64,000 bases of DNA from Malacoraja senta. Taxonomy: Eukaryota. Numbering within the stretch: the stretch's first letter is position 1; every line of letters begins with the position of its first letter. The stretch spans positions 7,814,001 to 7,878,000 of the forward strand of contig CM075990.1 of NCBI GenBank assembly GCA_038087875.1, read 5' to 3'. The position numbers were made by a program, and so were the translations under genes. Of this stretch, positions 36,001 through 49,286 are shown piece by piece. The notes below the pieces were generated by a model, which worked only from the letters and a program-made list of their open reading frames with translations, ran no database searches and was not told the DNA's origin.

Positions 36001-38707
36001 AAAATACTGCATCTCCTTTAAGAGCCTTCTTTCAACACATTGGAGAAATGTCCTTTCACAAGGAATTTATGCTATTTAAAAGTAAAATCTTTAGATATGA
36101 AAAGGCAAACGTGAGGATATCTTTATCCATCCATTAACAATCAGCCAGACAGAAGGTTGTTGGATTTGTATGGCAGATCTCTCCCTTTGTAAATTTTATC
36201 GGACAGCGCCTTTAATGGAGATATTTCTGGCATCTGGTTCGAAACCACTTGCCTTGAAGTGGTAACAGGGAACTTCAGATTCTGGTTTGCAAAACAAGAT
36301 ACACAGTGCTGGAGTAATTCAGTGGGTCAGGCAGCATCACTGGAGAACATGTTCTCCAGCAATGCTGCCTGACCCGCTGAGTTATTCCTGCACTTGTGTC
36401 CACTTGCGTTGATATCAGTTTTATAATCTACCATGGTTTGGCCTTGACTCGAGTTAGATCCTTGTCATAGCTACTATACCTTTGATGGAATGTGCTACAT
36501 AAACTTACTAGTGCATCTTTCTGAATGTTGCTATGAATGAGACACTGCTGGGAGCTTGGAATTCTTGTAAGTTCCCACATTCTCACTTTGATCATCTCAA
36601 ACCCTGGATAATGCAGTGCTGAATCAAGACCATTTCATAGCACCTGATTGTTCTTCCATCTGCAACATTGGTCAGATCAAAAATCTTCAGGACACTTTGA
36701 AGGGAAAACACTGTACTAGTCCTCCGCAGGTTACAAGCACCCGACTGAAATACAGCCCATACATGCGAGCAGTTCACAGGAGCAAACCTGGGGATGACCT
36801 GTAGCTCACCAATGCATAAGATGCATTATTTTCTGCATCTAGGTCTTAAAGTATTGCAGTTTCTTTGTTTTTTTAGCAATGTATTGAAATTCAATTGGTG
36901 ATTACACAAAACTCAATGTGGCGATAACATTTACTGAGGGTGTTGTATGAACAATTTGCATGTCTTTTTTGGGGGCTGATTGTATTATTTCCCAGCAATA
37001 TTAGATAACTGATATTCTCACAGTCTAATGAATTTGTATCCTTTAGTTGGATGGGCAGAGGTATTGACTTAAGCTAATATCGTGCTCAATTTCAAAATTA
37101 GGTCTGTTGGCAGTGGGAAGTGCTTTTACTGATGCAATTGGAAGGTAAATAAAAATGTTAGCTATTTCCTCTATTTTGTAAAAGGAACAGATTGCTTCCT
37201 TAATTTTGTACATCATACAAAGTAACAGGCTCTGCTGTGAAGAGCTTGGTCACTCTGACCTGTCATTCATGTCATGTCATTCCAGTAGTGCACAACCGTT
37301 GTTTCTAGAGAGGAGCAGATTAACAAATGAGTCATTAAAGAGAGCCCCCTTGTGCGATCATAGAAGTTCTGAATGTCTTGACAGGCCCTAATAGCTATCT
37401 CTCTTGGGCAACACAGAAGTGATCCACTACATGTATGCTGATATTTTCCATCTATACCAAACCCATTTGCCCATATCCTTTTACGCTTTCCCTATCTGAG
37501 TGTGTGTCTAAAAGTCTCTTAAATGTAGTGATTGTATCTGGTTCTGTCACCACCTCTGGTGATAAGTTCCATCTATCAACCACAAAACAGCTATCTTAAG
37601 ACAGATGACATGTATTGGAGCAAAGGGCACTTTCTTTATTTAAAACAAGCCCTGTAAAACTCTTTCCTCTCCAACATTTCTCCTCTTGTATTTTCTGTCC
37701 ATGAAAAATTCTATATATTTCTATCAGGTCACCCCTCGGACTACTTGGTCCAAGGAAATCAATCCCAGCCGATTCAATGCTTTCCGTCACAGTGAGGAAT
37801 GTGGAGGAGCCGCTGTGATAGATTTATGTGTTAAATTATTATGTGGTTGCGTGTTTTGTTGCTGTTTTGGTATGACTTGTATGGCAAAGCAAATTCCTCG
37901 TATGATTTACATACTTGTTTTGTTTTCATACTTGGCTAATAAAATCAATAAAATAAATAAATATACTACTGAAGTCCTCCAATCTGACAACATCCTGGTA
38001 AATCTCATCTGCACTCTCCCCATTGCAACAACATCCTTCCTATAATGTGGTGGCTTGAACTGCACGCTGCTTCAATTTTTGAATGAATTATGCTAAATGT
38101 GTTTGCTGATAAAACAATTAAATACACATGATTTCCCTGTTGTCTTGTTTTATTGAGTAATAGTCAGATAGGCATAGAAACAGGCCCTATGGCCCAACTT
38201 CCTTTCGCCGACCAACATGCCCCATTTATACTAGTCCCATCTGTCCGTGCTTGGCTCATAACCCTCTAAACATATCTTATCCATGTACCTGGTCAAACAT
38301 CTCTTAATATTATGATAGTGCCTGCCTCCTCTGGCAGCTCATTCCATATACCCACCAACTTTTGGGTAAAAAAAGTTACCCTCGGGTTCCTATTAAATCT
38401 TTTCCCCCTCTCCTTAATTTTATAAAAATCTTCTTTTTTTTAATTAATATTGAAATAATTTTAATGTTTGAATGTTAGGTATTCACTGGAATTTCAATGT
38501 CTTTGAGGGCTTTCATGGTAAGAATATCTGGGAATATTTTTGGGAGTGGCATGTTTCCCTAATATAAACCTTTTGCTTTACAATGTCTAGTTGTTAATAT
38601 GTTGTATTTAAAGATGGAGTTGCCCTTGTGGATGGGAAAGAAAAGAGCAAGGGTGGCTCAACACGGTGGCGGACAGATCAGATTGATCGCAACCATCCTG
38701 GTGGACT

Positions 38708-38835
38708 ATACACGCACACGCAGGCACACACACAGGCACATACACATATACACACAGACATCGACGCACAGAGACACACATACACACACACAGACAGACA
38801 GAGAGACAGACAGACAGACACACACACACTTACAC
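38708..38835. repeat. (CA)n/(GACA)n microsatellite
   Basis: Direct inspection. Confidence 0.9.
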
Positions 38836-40239
38836 TTAATCTCTCCTTTGGATGCTCGGTTGAAGATGAGACATTATTAATCAAGAATTACCAGGTGTGA
38901 TGTCAGGATGACATAAATTTGCTTTTCTATGTTTGGAAGTAGGCCCTATGCATAAGCTGTCTGTTAGACTAAGGTACTCTGGTACATTGTGTGAAGAACA
39001 AAATGTTCAAAGTTAGACCTTTAAGCAAATGACTTCTTCTGCGGCTTTGACAGGCAACATTCAGTTGAATATTTGCAGTATGTGATGAAAACTAGTGGAA
39101 AAGAAACCAGTGGTCCAATCTGCATTTATAAAGGGTGACGCGTTGTTAGTTCAGCGTCTTTTTAGTGCAGGTTTGGATGGAGCTCTTTGCAAAGAATTTA
39201 CAATGGGCATTTAGCCTCGCCAGAGTTAGTCATCCAGGCAAAAGGAGGCAAAATAACTCACTCCTGAATTCTGCCTTTTGGATGTGTTTCAAGAAGAGGA
39301 TTGTTTGCCTTTGTCTCTGTCCTACCCCATATAATCATAGTATTTCTAACTATCAGTTGCTTTTCTGGTCAATGGAGTTTGATGTAAGGTAGTTTGATGG
39401 TTGTGCCATTGAATATCGGGGGTAGTTGGATAACTGTTCCCTTATTAAAGGTGACCATTGTCTGACACTTTTGTAGCATGAAAATTAATTATCACTTACT
39501 GGGTTGTTATCCAGTTCTTGCACTATGCTGGTGTAAGTTTGATGAAGATTTGTGCTCAGTTCGTTTGCAGAGGATTTGTGAATTGAATGTGTAAAACCTT
39601 TCATTTTATTCCATAATAAAGTCTAATGAGGAAGGGAAGTCACTGAAGCAAATTTGGCTGGTTGAGCATGGGAGGCTGCTATAAGGAACTTCTGCCATGA
39701 TTTGCTGTGATGATCCTCCAATGACCAGAGCCACCTTACCTTTTGGGAAGTATGACTCCAACCATTGGTGTTTTGACCTATGGTCAGTTTTGCAGGGCTT
39801 CCAGATGCCGCTCTTATTCAAATACAATCTTGATGTCAAGGATTAGTCAATCTCACCTCTGGAATTCAGCTCTTTGGTCCTCATTGGTATTAATGCTATG
39901 AAGTCTGATGAGGAGTAGCCCTGGTGAAATCTGCTCACCAACTCTCACTAAGGGTTGTTGAATGTTGCTGTTGATTGTAAAAGAAACACGGGGTGGTACT
40001 GACTGGGATGTATCCTTTGCTTTTGAATTTTGGTTCCTGGTTAATTTTCCAATTGTCTGGTAGATGCGTTATTACTGTAATGGAACAACTTGTTCAGAGA
40101 TGCAGCTAAGACTTGAGCATATATCTTTATTACTACAGCCAGGGCATTGGCTGGTCCTGTAAACATTGGTATATCCACTGCTTTCAATAATTTCTTTATT
40201 GCCTGGTGAATCTATTGGACTGAATATGTCTGTGTTGGT

Positions 40240-40345
40240 GTAGGAGAGAACTCTGAAGAAGGGTCTCGACCCAAAACGTCACCCATTCCTTCTCTCCGGA
40301 GATGCTGCCTGACCCGCTGAGTTACTCCAGCATTTTGTGTCTACC
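40240..40345 (+). mobile_element. Solo Penelope terminal repeat with TSD
   Basis: 14-bp TSD ATGTCTGTGTTGGT at 40226-40239 and 40346-40359. Confidence 0.8.
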
Positions 40346-41393
40346 ATGTCTGTGTTGGTCGTGGCTCAATGTAACTGAAGGTGTATTTGACAATGCTGCT
40401 GAAAGGCATACGGTTTCCCCATGCATCACAAAGACAAGTGGATTTGTAGGTTAATTGGACTTAAAATTGTGAATGCGTAAATGCAATAACAGAACTTGTG
40501 TGACTGGGTGATCAGTGGTCGGCATGTCACTGCTGGGCCAAAGTTTCCATGCTGTATCTCAAAATTAATCCATGTCCACAGGAGGGTGACCCAATTGGTC
40601 TGCAGGGTGGGTAAAATCACGAGGGGATTGTTCTTACTCAGGTTCTGTTACTTTACACATTGCTATCTTTACTAAACATTGCTACGCTTGCCTGGCTTTC
40701 CATAAAATCGTATAGTCAGTCCATGGAGATTTCAAATGCAAGTTTATAATTAAGTGTCCAATTGGATGAAAGGAAGTGGGTTGGTAGCACAGCATATTGT
40801 TACTCCTTTGATACATGCAATTTTTCAGTGAAGTCTGTCATCTTGTAATTGACGTTTACAAAACCTAAAAAGCTAAGAAGTTCAGACCAGATTTCAATTG
40901 ATAAAAGAGTGAGCTCTGACATTTTTTATAAATGTAGTGATTATAGCTGAGGGATGATTTGTGTAAATACAGAATTTACATCATACAGTTCTTCTCTTGA
41001 ACCGAAAGATGACTAATTAAAGTGTAATGTCTGCTTTGTTTCCTTGCTCAGATGAGGAAATTTGAAATAATGTGTAAAACACGGTTGGTGTTTTACCTCC
41101 GTGCTACTTTCTGTGCTGGGATCATACCTCAATTTCATTAATGTTTCAAAATTTATCCTAGTCATACAGCATGAAAACGGGCCCATCGGGGGTTGGGGGG
41201 GGGGGGGCGGGAGGAGACCTGGCGGGGGGAAGACCCGCAAACGCTGCCGAACCGCCACTGGACCGTCACCGGTTCTCTCCCCCCCCCCCCACTCGAGAGG
41301 TCTGGACCGACGGGACACCGGCCCCCAGGCCTAGCGCTGAGAAGCACTAACCCCAACACCAGCAGCCCCAGACCCATAGAACCCACAGCCAGC

Positions 41394-41888
41394 GTCAACT
41401 CCAGCCCAACCCCGCTCCAGCTCTAGAGGAACCCGCTCCCTGGTGGGCAGCTACGGCGGCAAGTGCCAGTTCGCCCACAGCCTTAGCAGCTACCCCAAGT
41501 ACAAGCCGTACCTTGCACACCACCGGCTTCTGCCCTTATGGTACCCACTGCCACTTCATCCACAGCCCCGAGGATGTGCGAGGGCCCTGGCCTCATCTGC
41601 GCCAGAGCGCCAGCCTGGGCTCAGCCTCCTCCGGTCTGGGCTAGACTGGGCCGAGCTGCGGGCTGCCTTCAGCCATGACCTGGCGTTAGAGCTGGCCCTG
41701 ACTCTGGGCTTGGAGCTGGGCAAGGGAGGGAGAGGAGGTTGCTGCTGCCGGCAGCACCACCATCGCCAACAGTACCAGCAGCTCCAGCAGGTGGCCATAT
41801 GCAGACTCTCTCTCCAACCAGGACGACTCCGGTGGCTCCGAGTCACCTGCGGCTGCCCATCTTCAGCACGATCTCGGTGTCGGACTGA
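41394..41888 (+). pseudogene. Deleted, frameshifted ZFP36/TTP-family (tandem CCCH zinc finger) coding relic
   Basis: Colinear motifs across frames: VNSS (41394), YGGKCQFAH-SLSSYPKYK (41452-41505), RTLHTTGFCPYGTHCHFIHSPE..LRQSASLG (from 41507), DSLSNQDDSGGSESP (41804-41848) and terminal RLPIFSTISVSD* (41850-41888; CNOT1-binding motif of the family). KTELC leaders missing from both fingers. Paralog not assignable by eye. Confidence 0.88.
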
Positions 41889-41934
41889 GGGGAGGGGGGT
41901 GGAGGTGGAGGGAACCCAGCGGGGCAGGCAGAGC

Positions 41935-42196
41935 CGAGCTGGAGCCAGTGGCTGCATATCCGGGGCCGCACCGCCAGCCCAGGGCCACCTCAGACACCTC
42001 TGGACAGGGACGGGCCACTGGGGAGGGGACGCAGACGGCCTAACAGCAACTCAACATAACCGGCAGCGAGGAGAGCCGACTCCGACTATGGACGAAACGC
42101 AAGCCTGCGCACAATGCAGCACCACCGTTGCCAAAACTGTTTTATAGCTAGTGATCTATGACCTGGGCATGCACAGTCGGAATACCGAACTCGCTT
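41935..42196. mobile_element. Right part and TIR of a relative of the 22836-23465 element, fused to the ZFP36 relic
   Basis: 42150-42192 agtgatctatgacctgggcatgcacagtcggaataccgaactc matches the TIR; colinear interior similarity to 23155-23410 (e.g. ggacagggacgggccactgggaggggacg vs ggacagggatggggcactcgggaggggacg; gactatggacgaaacgca vs gactacggatgaaacgca). Left TIR not found. Confidence 0.7.
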
Positions 42197-43319
42197 ATTT
42201 CATTGGTCACCTACAGTTAACGCAGCAGCTGTGTTATTGAGGGACAATGGTGTCTAATAACTACAAGGGTGCTATATGGAAACTTTTTTCCCCTCTTCCG
42301 TTTAATCCAAGATAGCATATTTCTGCTTGTCGAGTTTCCAAGGTAACTTCTAAATATTCTCTAGTTCCCGATCGATAGCACATTCTAACAAATTTGGCCA
42401 ATGTGATGCAAAATGAATTCCCTAATTCATCACATGTATCCAATTCATGTTATGGAAACACGTTATAGCAGAACTATCTGTATTAAGTACCAGTTTCTTA
42501 AGACTTTAAGACTCGATCCCTGAAATCTAGGTTTTGATTATGTACTTTTTAAGCATTGCAGTTGGCAATGGAACTTTAATTAACCTGTCCATCCAAAGCC
42601 TTGATAACTGAAGAGTGAAAAGAAAGCTTTTAAATGTGATGTACCAAGATTGAATCTGTGAATTCAAATTTCTGAAGGTTGCTGCCTCCTTTGTAGTTAG
42701 TTTTTATTGCCTTTCGTACAAGCAAATAATCACTGACCTGCCCTTTATTTGTTCAGTAGGCGGGATCTGAAACTACACAATGTTTTAAATTGTACAAGGG
42801 TTTGTCACGGGAAGCAGTTTGACATTTTACCTACCAATTATCTTGAGTGGGTGTTTCCCTCTGGAATTTAGTATTGATTTATTTTGGTTTTATTCAACCC
42901 AAAAGCAGTATTTTGGGTGAGGATGACTAGGAATTATGTTCCACTCTTCTAAAAATATTATAGGTGATGAAATTAGAGTAACACATAAATATCAAATTGA
43001 TCTTTTACCATTGAATGGCACCAAAAACATGATATCGAGAGTAAGAGAGGTTGGATATGCTGAATGAAACATTTGTCTTCAAATTGGCTCCAGCCTTTAG
43101 AGTATTGGCTGTACAGATGTACTCCAAAGACGTACAGGTATGTAGGTTAATTGGCTTGGTGTATGTGTAAATTGTCCCTGGTGTGTGCAGGATAGTGTTA
43201 ATTTGCAGGTATTGCTGGTTGGCATGGACTCAGCGGGCCGAAGGGCCTGTTTCTACACTATTTCCAAACTAAACTATAGTTAGTAATGTGTGAAATATCC
43301 ATATGTCTGGAGCTGTGTC

Positions 43320-43543
43320 ATAGGAGCTGCAGATGCTGGTTTAAACCGAAGATAGACACAAAAAGCTGGAATAACTCAGCGGGTCAGACAGCATCTCTGG
43401 AGAAAAGGAATAGGTGATGTTTTGGGTTGAGGCTCTTCTTCAGTCCCAGAGGCTGAAGAAGGGCCTCGACCCGAAACGTCACCTATTCATTTGCTCCAGA
43501 GATGCTGCCTGACCTGAGTTACTCCAGCTTTTTTTGTCTATCT
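43320..43543. mobile_element. Penelope-terminal-repeat palindrome
   Basis: Head-to-head arms with CTGAAGAAGGGCCTCGACCCGAAACGTC at 43453-43480; degenerate flanking duplication tgtctggagctgtg / tgcctggaactgtg. Confidence 0.8.
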
Positions 43544-43710
43544 GCCTGGAACTGTGCACAGAACAATGCAGAGCAAAGCAGGCTTTGATTAGCACCAATC
43601 CATTTAACATATTTATTCCCTCCTGATCATGCATTCACTCCACCCTCTTCAGGCATCAGGGTACATTATCTGCAATATGCATCATCTAAAAAATGAACTG
43701 CAGCAACTCG

Positions 43711-44210
43711 CATAGATACATAGACAATAGGTGCAGGAGTGGGCCATTCAGCCCTTCGGGTCAGCACCGCCATTCCATGTGATCATGGCTGATCATCTAC
43801 AATCAGTACCCCGTTCCTGCCTTCTCCCCACATCCCAAGATTCCGCTAGCCCTAAGAGCTCTATCTTAACTCTTTTGAATGCATCCAGTGAATCGGCGTC
43901 CACTGCCTTCTGAGGCAGAGAATTCCACAAATTCACAACTCTGTGTGAAAAAGTTTTTCCTCGTCTCAGTACTAAATGGCCTACCCCTTATTCTTAAACT
44001 GTGGCCCCTGGTTCTGGACTCCCCCAACATCGGGAACATGTTCTACATTTAGCGTGTCCAATCCCTTATTAATTTTATATGTTTCTATAAGATGCCCTCT
44101 CATCCTTCTAAATTCCAGTGAATACAAGCCCAGTCACTCCATTCTTTCATCATATGACAGTCCCACCATCCCGGGAATTAATCTCGTGAACCTACGCTGC
44201 ACTCCCTCAA
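43711..44210 (-). mobile_element. CR1 LINE 3' fragment
   Basis: Colinear with 25816-26320. Other CR1-type pieces at ~1801-2030, 6507-6670, 35170-35930, 37390-38410, 48490-48735, 51400-51545, 51840-52050, 59050-59320 and 60682-60906. Confidence 0.85.
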
Positions 44211-45909
44211 CTCACCTCGGATAGTTCAGCAGTATCGTAGATACTTACAAATTTTAGCACTGGAAGGAAAGGACAAGAAGAATGATCACATGATGTCAGC
44301 ACCATCTGTATACTCCCTTTCAAGATGTGTGCCATCCTCTCTTTAAAATATATTGTCTTTGTAAGGAAAGTATTCTTGAAATCACTGAACAACCGCTTCA
44401 TTGGAATATCTTCAGAACATGATCTGAAGTGGATCTGTACGGCCATGCAACTGAGGGCTATTCAGAATGTAAGATCTTTGCATCTTGTTAATGAAATAAT
44501 TAAAACTATAACTTTGGTAGTATTGGGTGAGGTTCTCTGTGGACCACTTAACAGGTTTGATTGGAGGAGGATAGAAGTCATGTACTGTAAGACCTCAGTT
44601 ATTTTTAAATGAGTCGGCTTTTCTCATTTTTTGTTTGTCGTTTCTGGCATTATTGCCTTGTTAAGCTGTTATTTTCAGAATTGTGTAATCTGGAGTTCAG
44701 TTGAGTGCTGGTACTGATGCCTGTGAGGTGAGATTAGGGCCCAGTTCCGTTTTTTTCATTGTCCGTGCAAGGTCTGAATGTTATGGAGCGGTTTTAATGC
44801 TTCATGCTTTAGATTAGATCGTGCTGCGGACAGTGACTTTAAACATTTCACTGCTAATTAAATAAGAGGAATGCATGATGGACTAGTGTGGGAATCTGGT
44901 TTTGCCACTTCCAAATGCTAATAGATGTAACAAATGGCATGGTGTTACTTGGCATTCATGCAGGTCTGAGAGCTGTAAACACACAACGCGGTGGGGGGTG
45001 GGGGGGGGTGTAGAGGTTAAAAGGTATTCTGCAAAAGTGTTGGTAAAATAAATGAGCAAATCTCCCACAGAGATGTTGTTGCCAAATAAATTCATATTTA
45101 ATTTGGTACATCAGTTGAATTACAAATGATGACCTTGTGTAGGTTTATGTTGGGGCTTTCATTTGCTGTGCTGGAGTAAATAAAACCCCAGGTGTTTTAA
45201 GTGTAAATTGCAGAACTTGAGTTTTTGGCCCAATTCTCAAAACTCGCTCTGCTAATTAAGGTTAATTTATAAACCTTCAGCGAGGTCTCAAAATTAAGCT
45301 GTATCTTTTCAAAGCAAGGGTGTTAGTGGAAAGATTTCAGATTTTGACATCTTAAATGTAATTGGAACTGACCACTGTACCCAAACCAAGGTATAAAAAA
45401 GTAAGAAATGTGCACAATTACAAATATTGGAAATGTTAAGTAAAAATACAACAAAGTGAATTACCTTGCTCGCTAATCATACTCCGGTTGTGAACCTGCG
45501 ATGTTTTTCACCAATCTTGTCTAACCTGCTGAGTGTTTCCTGCATTTGTTAATATTTTGAACCAATGTTTCAAGGTCATCTCCAGTAATTTAAAATTGTG
45601 TTTTTTTGCAGATTAATTGACAGATTTCATGTTGATTTTTAAATAAAATCAGAGTTTCACATGTTGATTTTTTTCTATATTAAAAGATACCATGTAAAGC
45701 ATAATTCAGAGAACTTTTAAAACAGTATCTGATTTGTGTTGCTTTCATGGTAGATTTTGCACAAGCATAAGAATATTTGAATTCGGGACAAAAGTAGGTG
45801 ACCTGCAGTTCAGTAAGATGTGGGATGATTTTTTATCTCAACTCTGCATTCCTGCTTATCTCTGCTGTTCTTTCACCTCTTTCTTATCAAGAATCTACCT
45901 CTAATAGTA

Positions 45910-46658
45910 TCATATCATATACTTATTAAAACTCTGCTCTAGTTAGAGTGTGTGTACGTGGTTGTCATTACATCTTCACAAAAACACTAAATGGTGACGA
46001 TTACATTTTTACATATTCTGATTGACATTTTTCGCGTCGAGGACGGGATCACCTTATCTGAACATTTCATGCTTTATTTCTCGACGTATTCTCGACTCAT
46101 TACTGATTAAAAGTCTAGAAGGTCAAAAGACTTTGAAATTAAAACCACCAGCTTCAAATGATGATGGATCAGCTAGCAGTGCTAAGCCTCAGTGAGGATT
46201 TTATCCTATATTTGACATGTTATTCGCAATTAAAGCTTTAAAAATGCCAACTTTCACAAGATTTTTACATATTCAGGCACATTTTTCCCCTTCAGGCAGA
46301 GATCACTTTCACTGAACATGTTATACTTAATTTCTCAGTTTATTACTGATTAAAGCTTAAAAACATCAAAATACCTTCAATTTCTAACCGACCAGCTTCA
46401 ACTGATGACGTCACAAAGGCAGCTTCAACTGATGACATCACAATGGATAGACTAGCAGGGGGAGGGTGAATTGCTATTGCATCACGCAGGGCAAGTGCAA
46501 TTGGATTTTTTTTAAAGATCACTGCTGAGGGAGGCAAGGGGAGTGCTGGAATCTTACGTTCGCGAACACTTGAGTTGGAGGACCACGCCTCCCGGGGGCT
46601 ATGGGTAGGGAACGGGTGCGTTGGGGGAGCAGACCCAACGGGTCTGCACTTGGTCTAG
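45910..46658 (+). mobile_element. Non-autonomous Helitron-like element
   Basis: 3' hairpin GCAGACCC-AAC-GGGTCTGC (46629-46647) followed 7 nt later by CTAG|T; candidate A|TC 5' start at 45910 or 45915; no TIR or TSD; interrupts an old CR1-like fragment. Confidence 0.7.
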
Positions 46659-49179
46659 TCTTATTTAAAAACATTCAAAGATTCTACTTCCAACATTCTT
46701 TAAGAAGTTCCAGAGAGTTTTGATCATCAAAAATGTTTTGCTACATCCGTCTTAAATCCCAATTTTTTTTAATTTTGACTCATTCCAGACTTGTCCACGG
46801 ATCTTGTTTAAACCAAGTCCCCTCTCGTTTTAAGCCGTTCAATCTTTCAAGACATCTTGCCCTTTTATATAAATAAAATCTATTATTATTATTATTTTGG
46901 CTGGACAGAGAATGGTATGGTGTTGGGTTACTGTGTGGTTGATGAAGGACCTTTTTGCTCTAAATATTACTCTTTCCACATCGTCCTGGGCTTGGTGGAT
47001 GAAATCAGTGAAGATTCGAAGTTGAGCATGTGTGCGTGTCCAAGTGACATACCAATGTAACTTTAGATGGTAGCCACACAATCTGTCATCTCACTGGTTT
47101 GAACCAGTGACGTACTTTCAAATTGTATTAACCGTAGCAAGATCTTGGATCAATAATAATTATGAAAATTGCTGTGGTGAATTTCAAAACTAGTTAATGA
47201 GATCTTTAACGTTACCTGATTGATGGATTCTTAGTTTAAGTCTTGCTGTTTGGTGAAGTGATGGATAGTCTGCGGATTTTACTTTTGCTTTGGCAGGCAT
47301 GTGATTTGCTGACCAGGACCTTTCCCAATTCCACCTACTAGATGGTATAATCATAAGACAATCTTTGGATTGTTTTCTGTGCGAAGCTGCTACCTGAAGC
47401 AGCACTTCAGTGCTTAATATGCTGTGATTTCACTTCCTTCAAATAAAGGAGCCTTTGCTCTTGCTGTACTTAATCTCATGTGATGCCTTGTGACCCTTGA
47501 TGTTGTTCAGTGTTTTATGAGCCGTGAGACTGTTTGTATCCTGTCGATAAAGCTGTATTAAGAAACAGCCTAACCTGAAAATGAGTCCTCAAACGTCTGC
47601 TTCCTCATACGCACTATCATGACTTATGACATGGTTCATACAGTATGAGATAGCCTTAACATTTATCGAAGTGCAACTAGCATTTTGACCTGTGAGAAAT
47701 AGCCTTGTTAAGCACTTATAGAAGTGATTTGAGCATTAAACCAGATTTCTTTTAACCTAATATTAAGACGGCTTGAGAGAGCTAACTAGGTTCAATGTGA
47801 TGCCTGCAACATTGTACAATATCCAAGGGCGAAAATAACCAATGAAGAAGAAAATGTACTGTGATAATTTATTGGCGGCCCTAACCTTGTACATGTAGCA
47901 GATAGCATTACTGACCTTCAAAGCTATATCACAAACAAAGCTAAGAATATTTGCTGATTCAGTGGTAAAGGATGTTGCTCTCCAATTAATTCACTAATTT
48001 TCTACTGTGTGCAAGTCTAAAGCCTTTGTTTAGAACTAACCCCTTGATGGGCATGGACCACGGTGTTATTTAGGTCAAAATTGCTGGAACGCACTCTGTA
48101 TATTGAAATCCTGCTCGCAGCTAGACTACGAGTGAGAGGGCAAAAATTTGTATTGTTCCAAAGTCTTTCCTTTCTAGGTTACCAGACTAGAAAAAACGTC
48201 TGCACTAAAAATCCAGAGACTCGTGTTGAAAACCCACCATTGCAGTTGTGTTATTTAAATTTGGCTACTAATCTGCAGTTCAAAAGACTAAATTCAGCAA
48301 AAAAAAGTTGCTCTCAAAAACATCTGATTCGTTAAATCTTTTGGAGACGTATGTCTGCCAACCTTGCCTGGTCGAACCTATATGGGTTCAAAATTGTCTT
48401 CACCACAGAAGGCATAGGGTAGTTCTGGAGGTGCTATTTAGATCTGTAGTCTATGAGCAGTGGCTTTCTGCAAGGATCAGCGTGTGACTGTTGTTTGTGT
48501 TATAAATACATGATTTGGACAAAAATATAGGTGGGCTGATTATAAATTTGCAGACAACACAAAAATTAGTTGTGACTAGTGAAGGAAGATGTCAAAGGAT
48601 TTGGCAGGAAATAGATCATTTGAAAGATCCTGTGAAAAATGACAGATGGGGTTAATGCAGACAGGGGTGGCCACTGGTTGGTGTGGGCCAGTTTCGATGA
48701 ATGACCCGATTTCATGCTGTATGATTCTATGACTCTACCACATGTGTTAAAAGGGATAGATTCGGAACAGATCTGGGCATCCACGATGCACAATGAATCA
48801 TCAGTTGCAGCAGAAATTTATACTGCCACAATCTAACCATGACCTGGCCAATCCCTCTGGCCTTGTTATCAAGCCCAGCTATAAACGTTGGTTCCATGAG
48901 GAATTAGGAACAGTATGCTGAGAACAGCATCAGGCATACCTGAAAATCAGTGAGACTGCAACATGAGCACATGCATGCCAAACAGCATGCAGTGAACAGC
49001 TAAATAATCTCAGAAGCAGGCTAACACATGATAGAGGCTCTGGGAATATTCTCAATGATCAACCATGATCGTATAGAATCGCATCCTTCTGTTAGCATAG
49101 TGTCCATGATGGGCCGAATGGCCTAATTCTGCTCCTATCACTTATGACCTTATGGCAAAGCAACCTCAAGCAGATTTAA

Positions 49180-49286
49180 TGGCTTACATAGCTAATATGT
49201 CTCAAGTCTAACTTAACAACACTGTGGAACTAGGTAGTTCCACAGTGTTGATAACTTGCAGACTTGAGGCGTAGCTATGTGAGCCA
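49180..49286. repeat. Isolated ~107-bp imperfect palindrome
   Basis: Perfect 16-bp arms CAACACTGTGGAACTA-gg-TAGTTCCACAGTGTTG (49217-49250); outer arms ctcaagtct/agacttgag and tggcttacatagcta/tagctatgtgagcca. Confidence 0.85.

Noticed and set aside
41443..42147. 234-aa ORF as a functional ZFP36-like protein
   Set aside because: GTG start, only part of finger 1 is in frame, zinc ligands are deleted, and finger 2 and the C-terminal motif lie in other frames.
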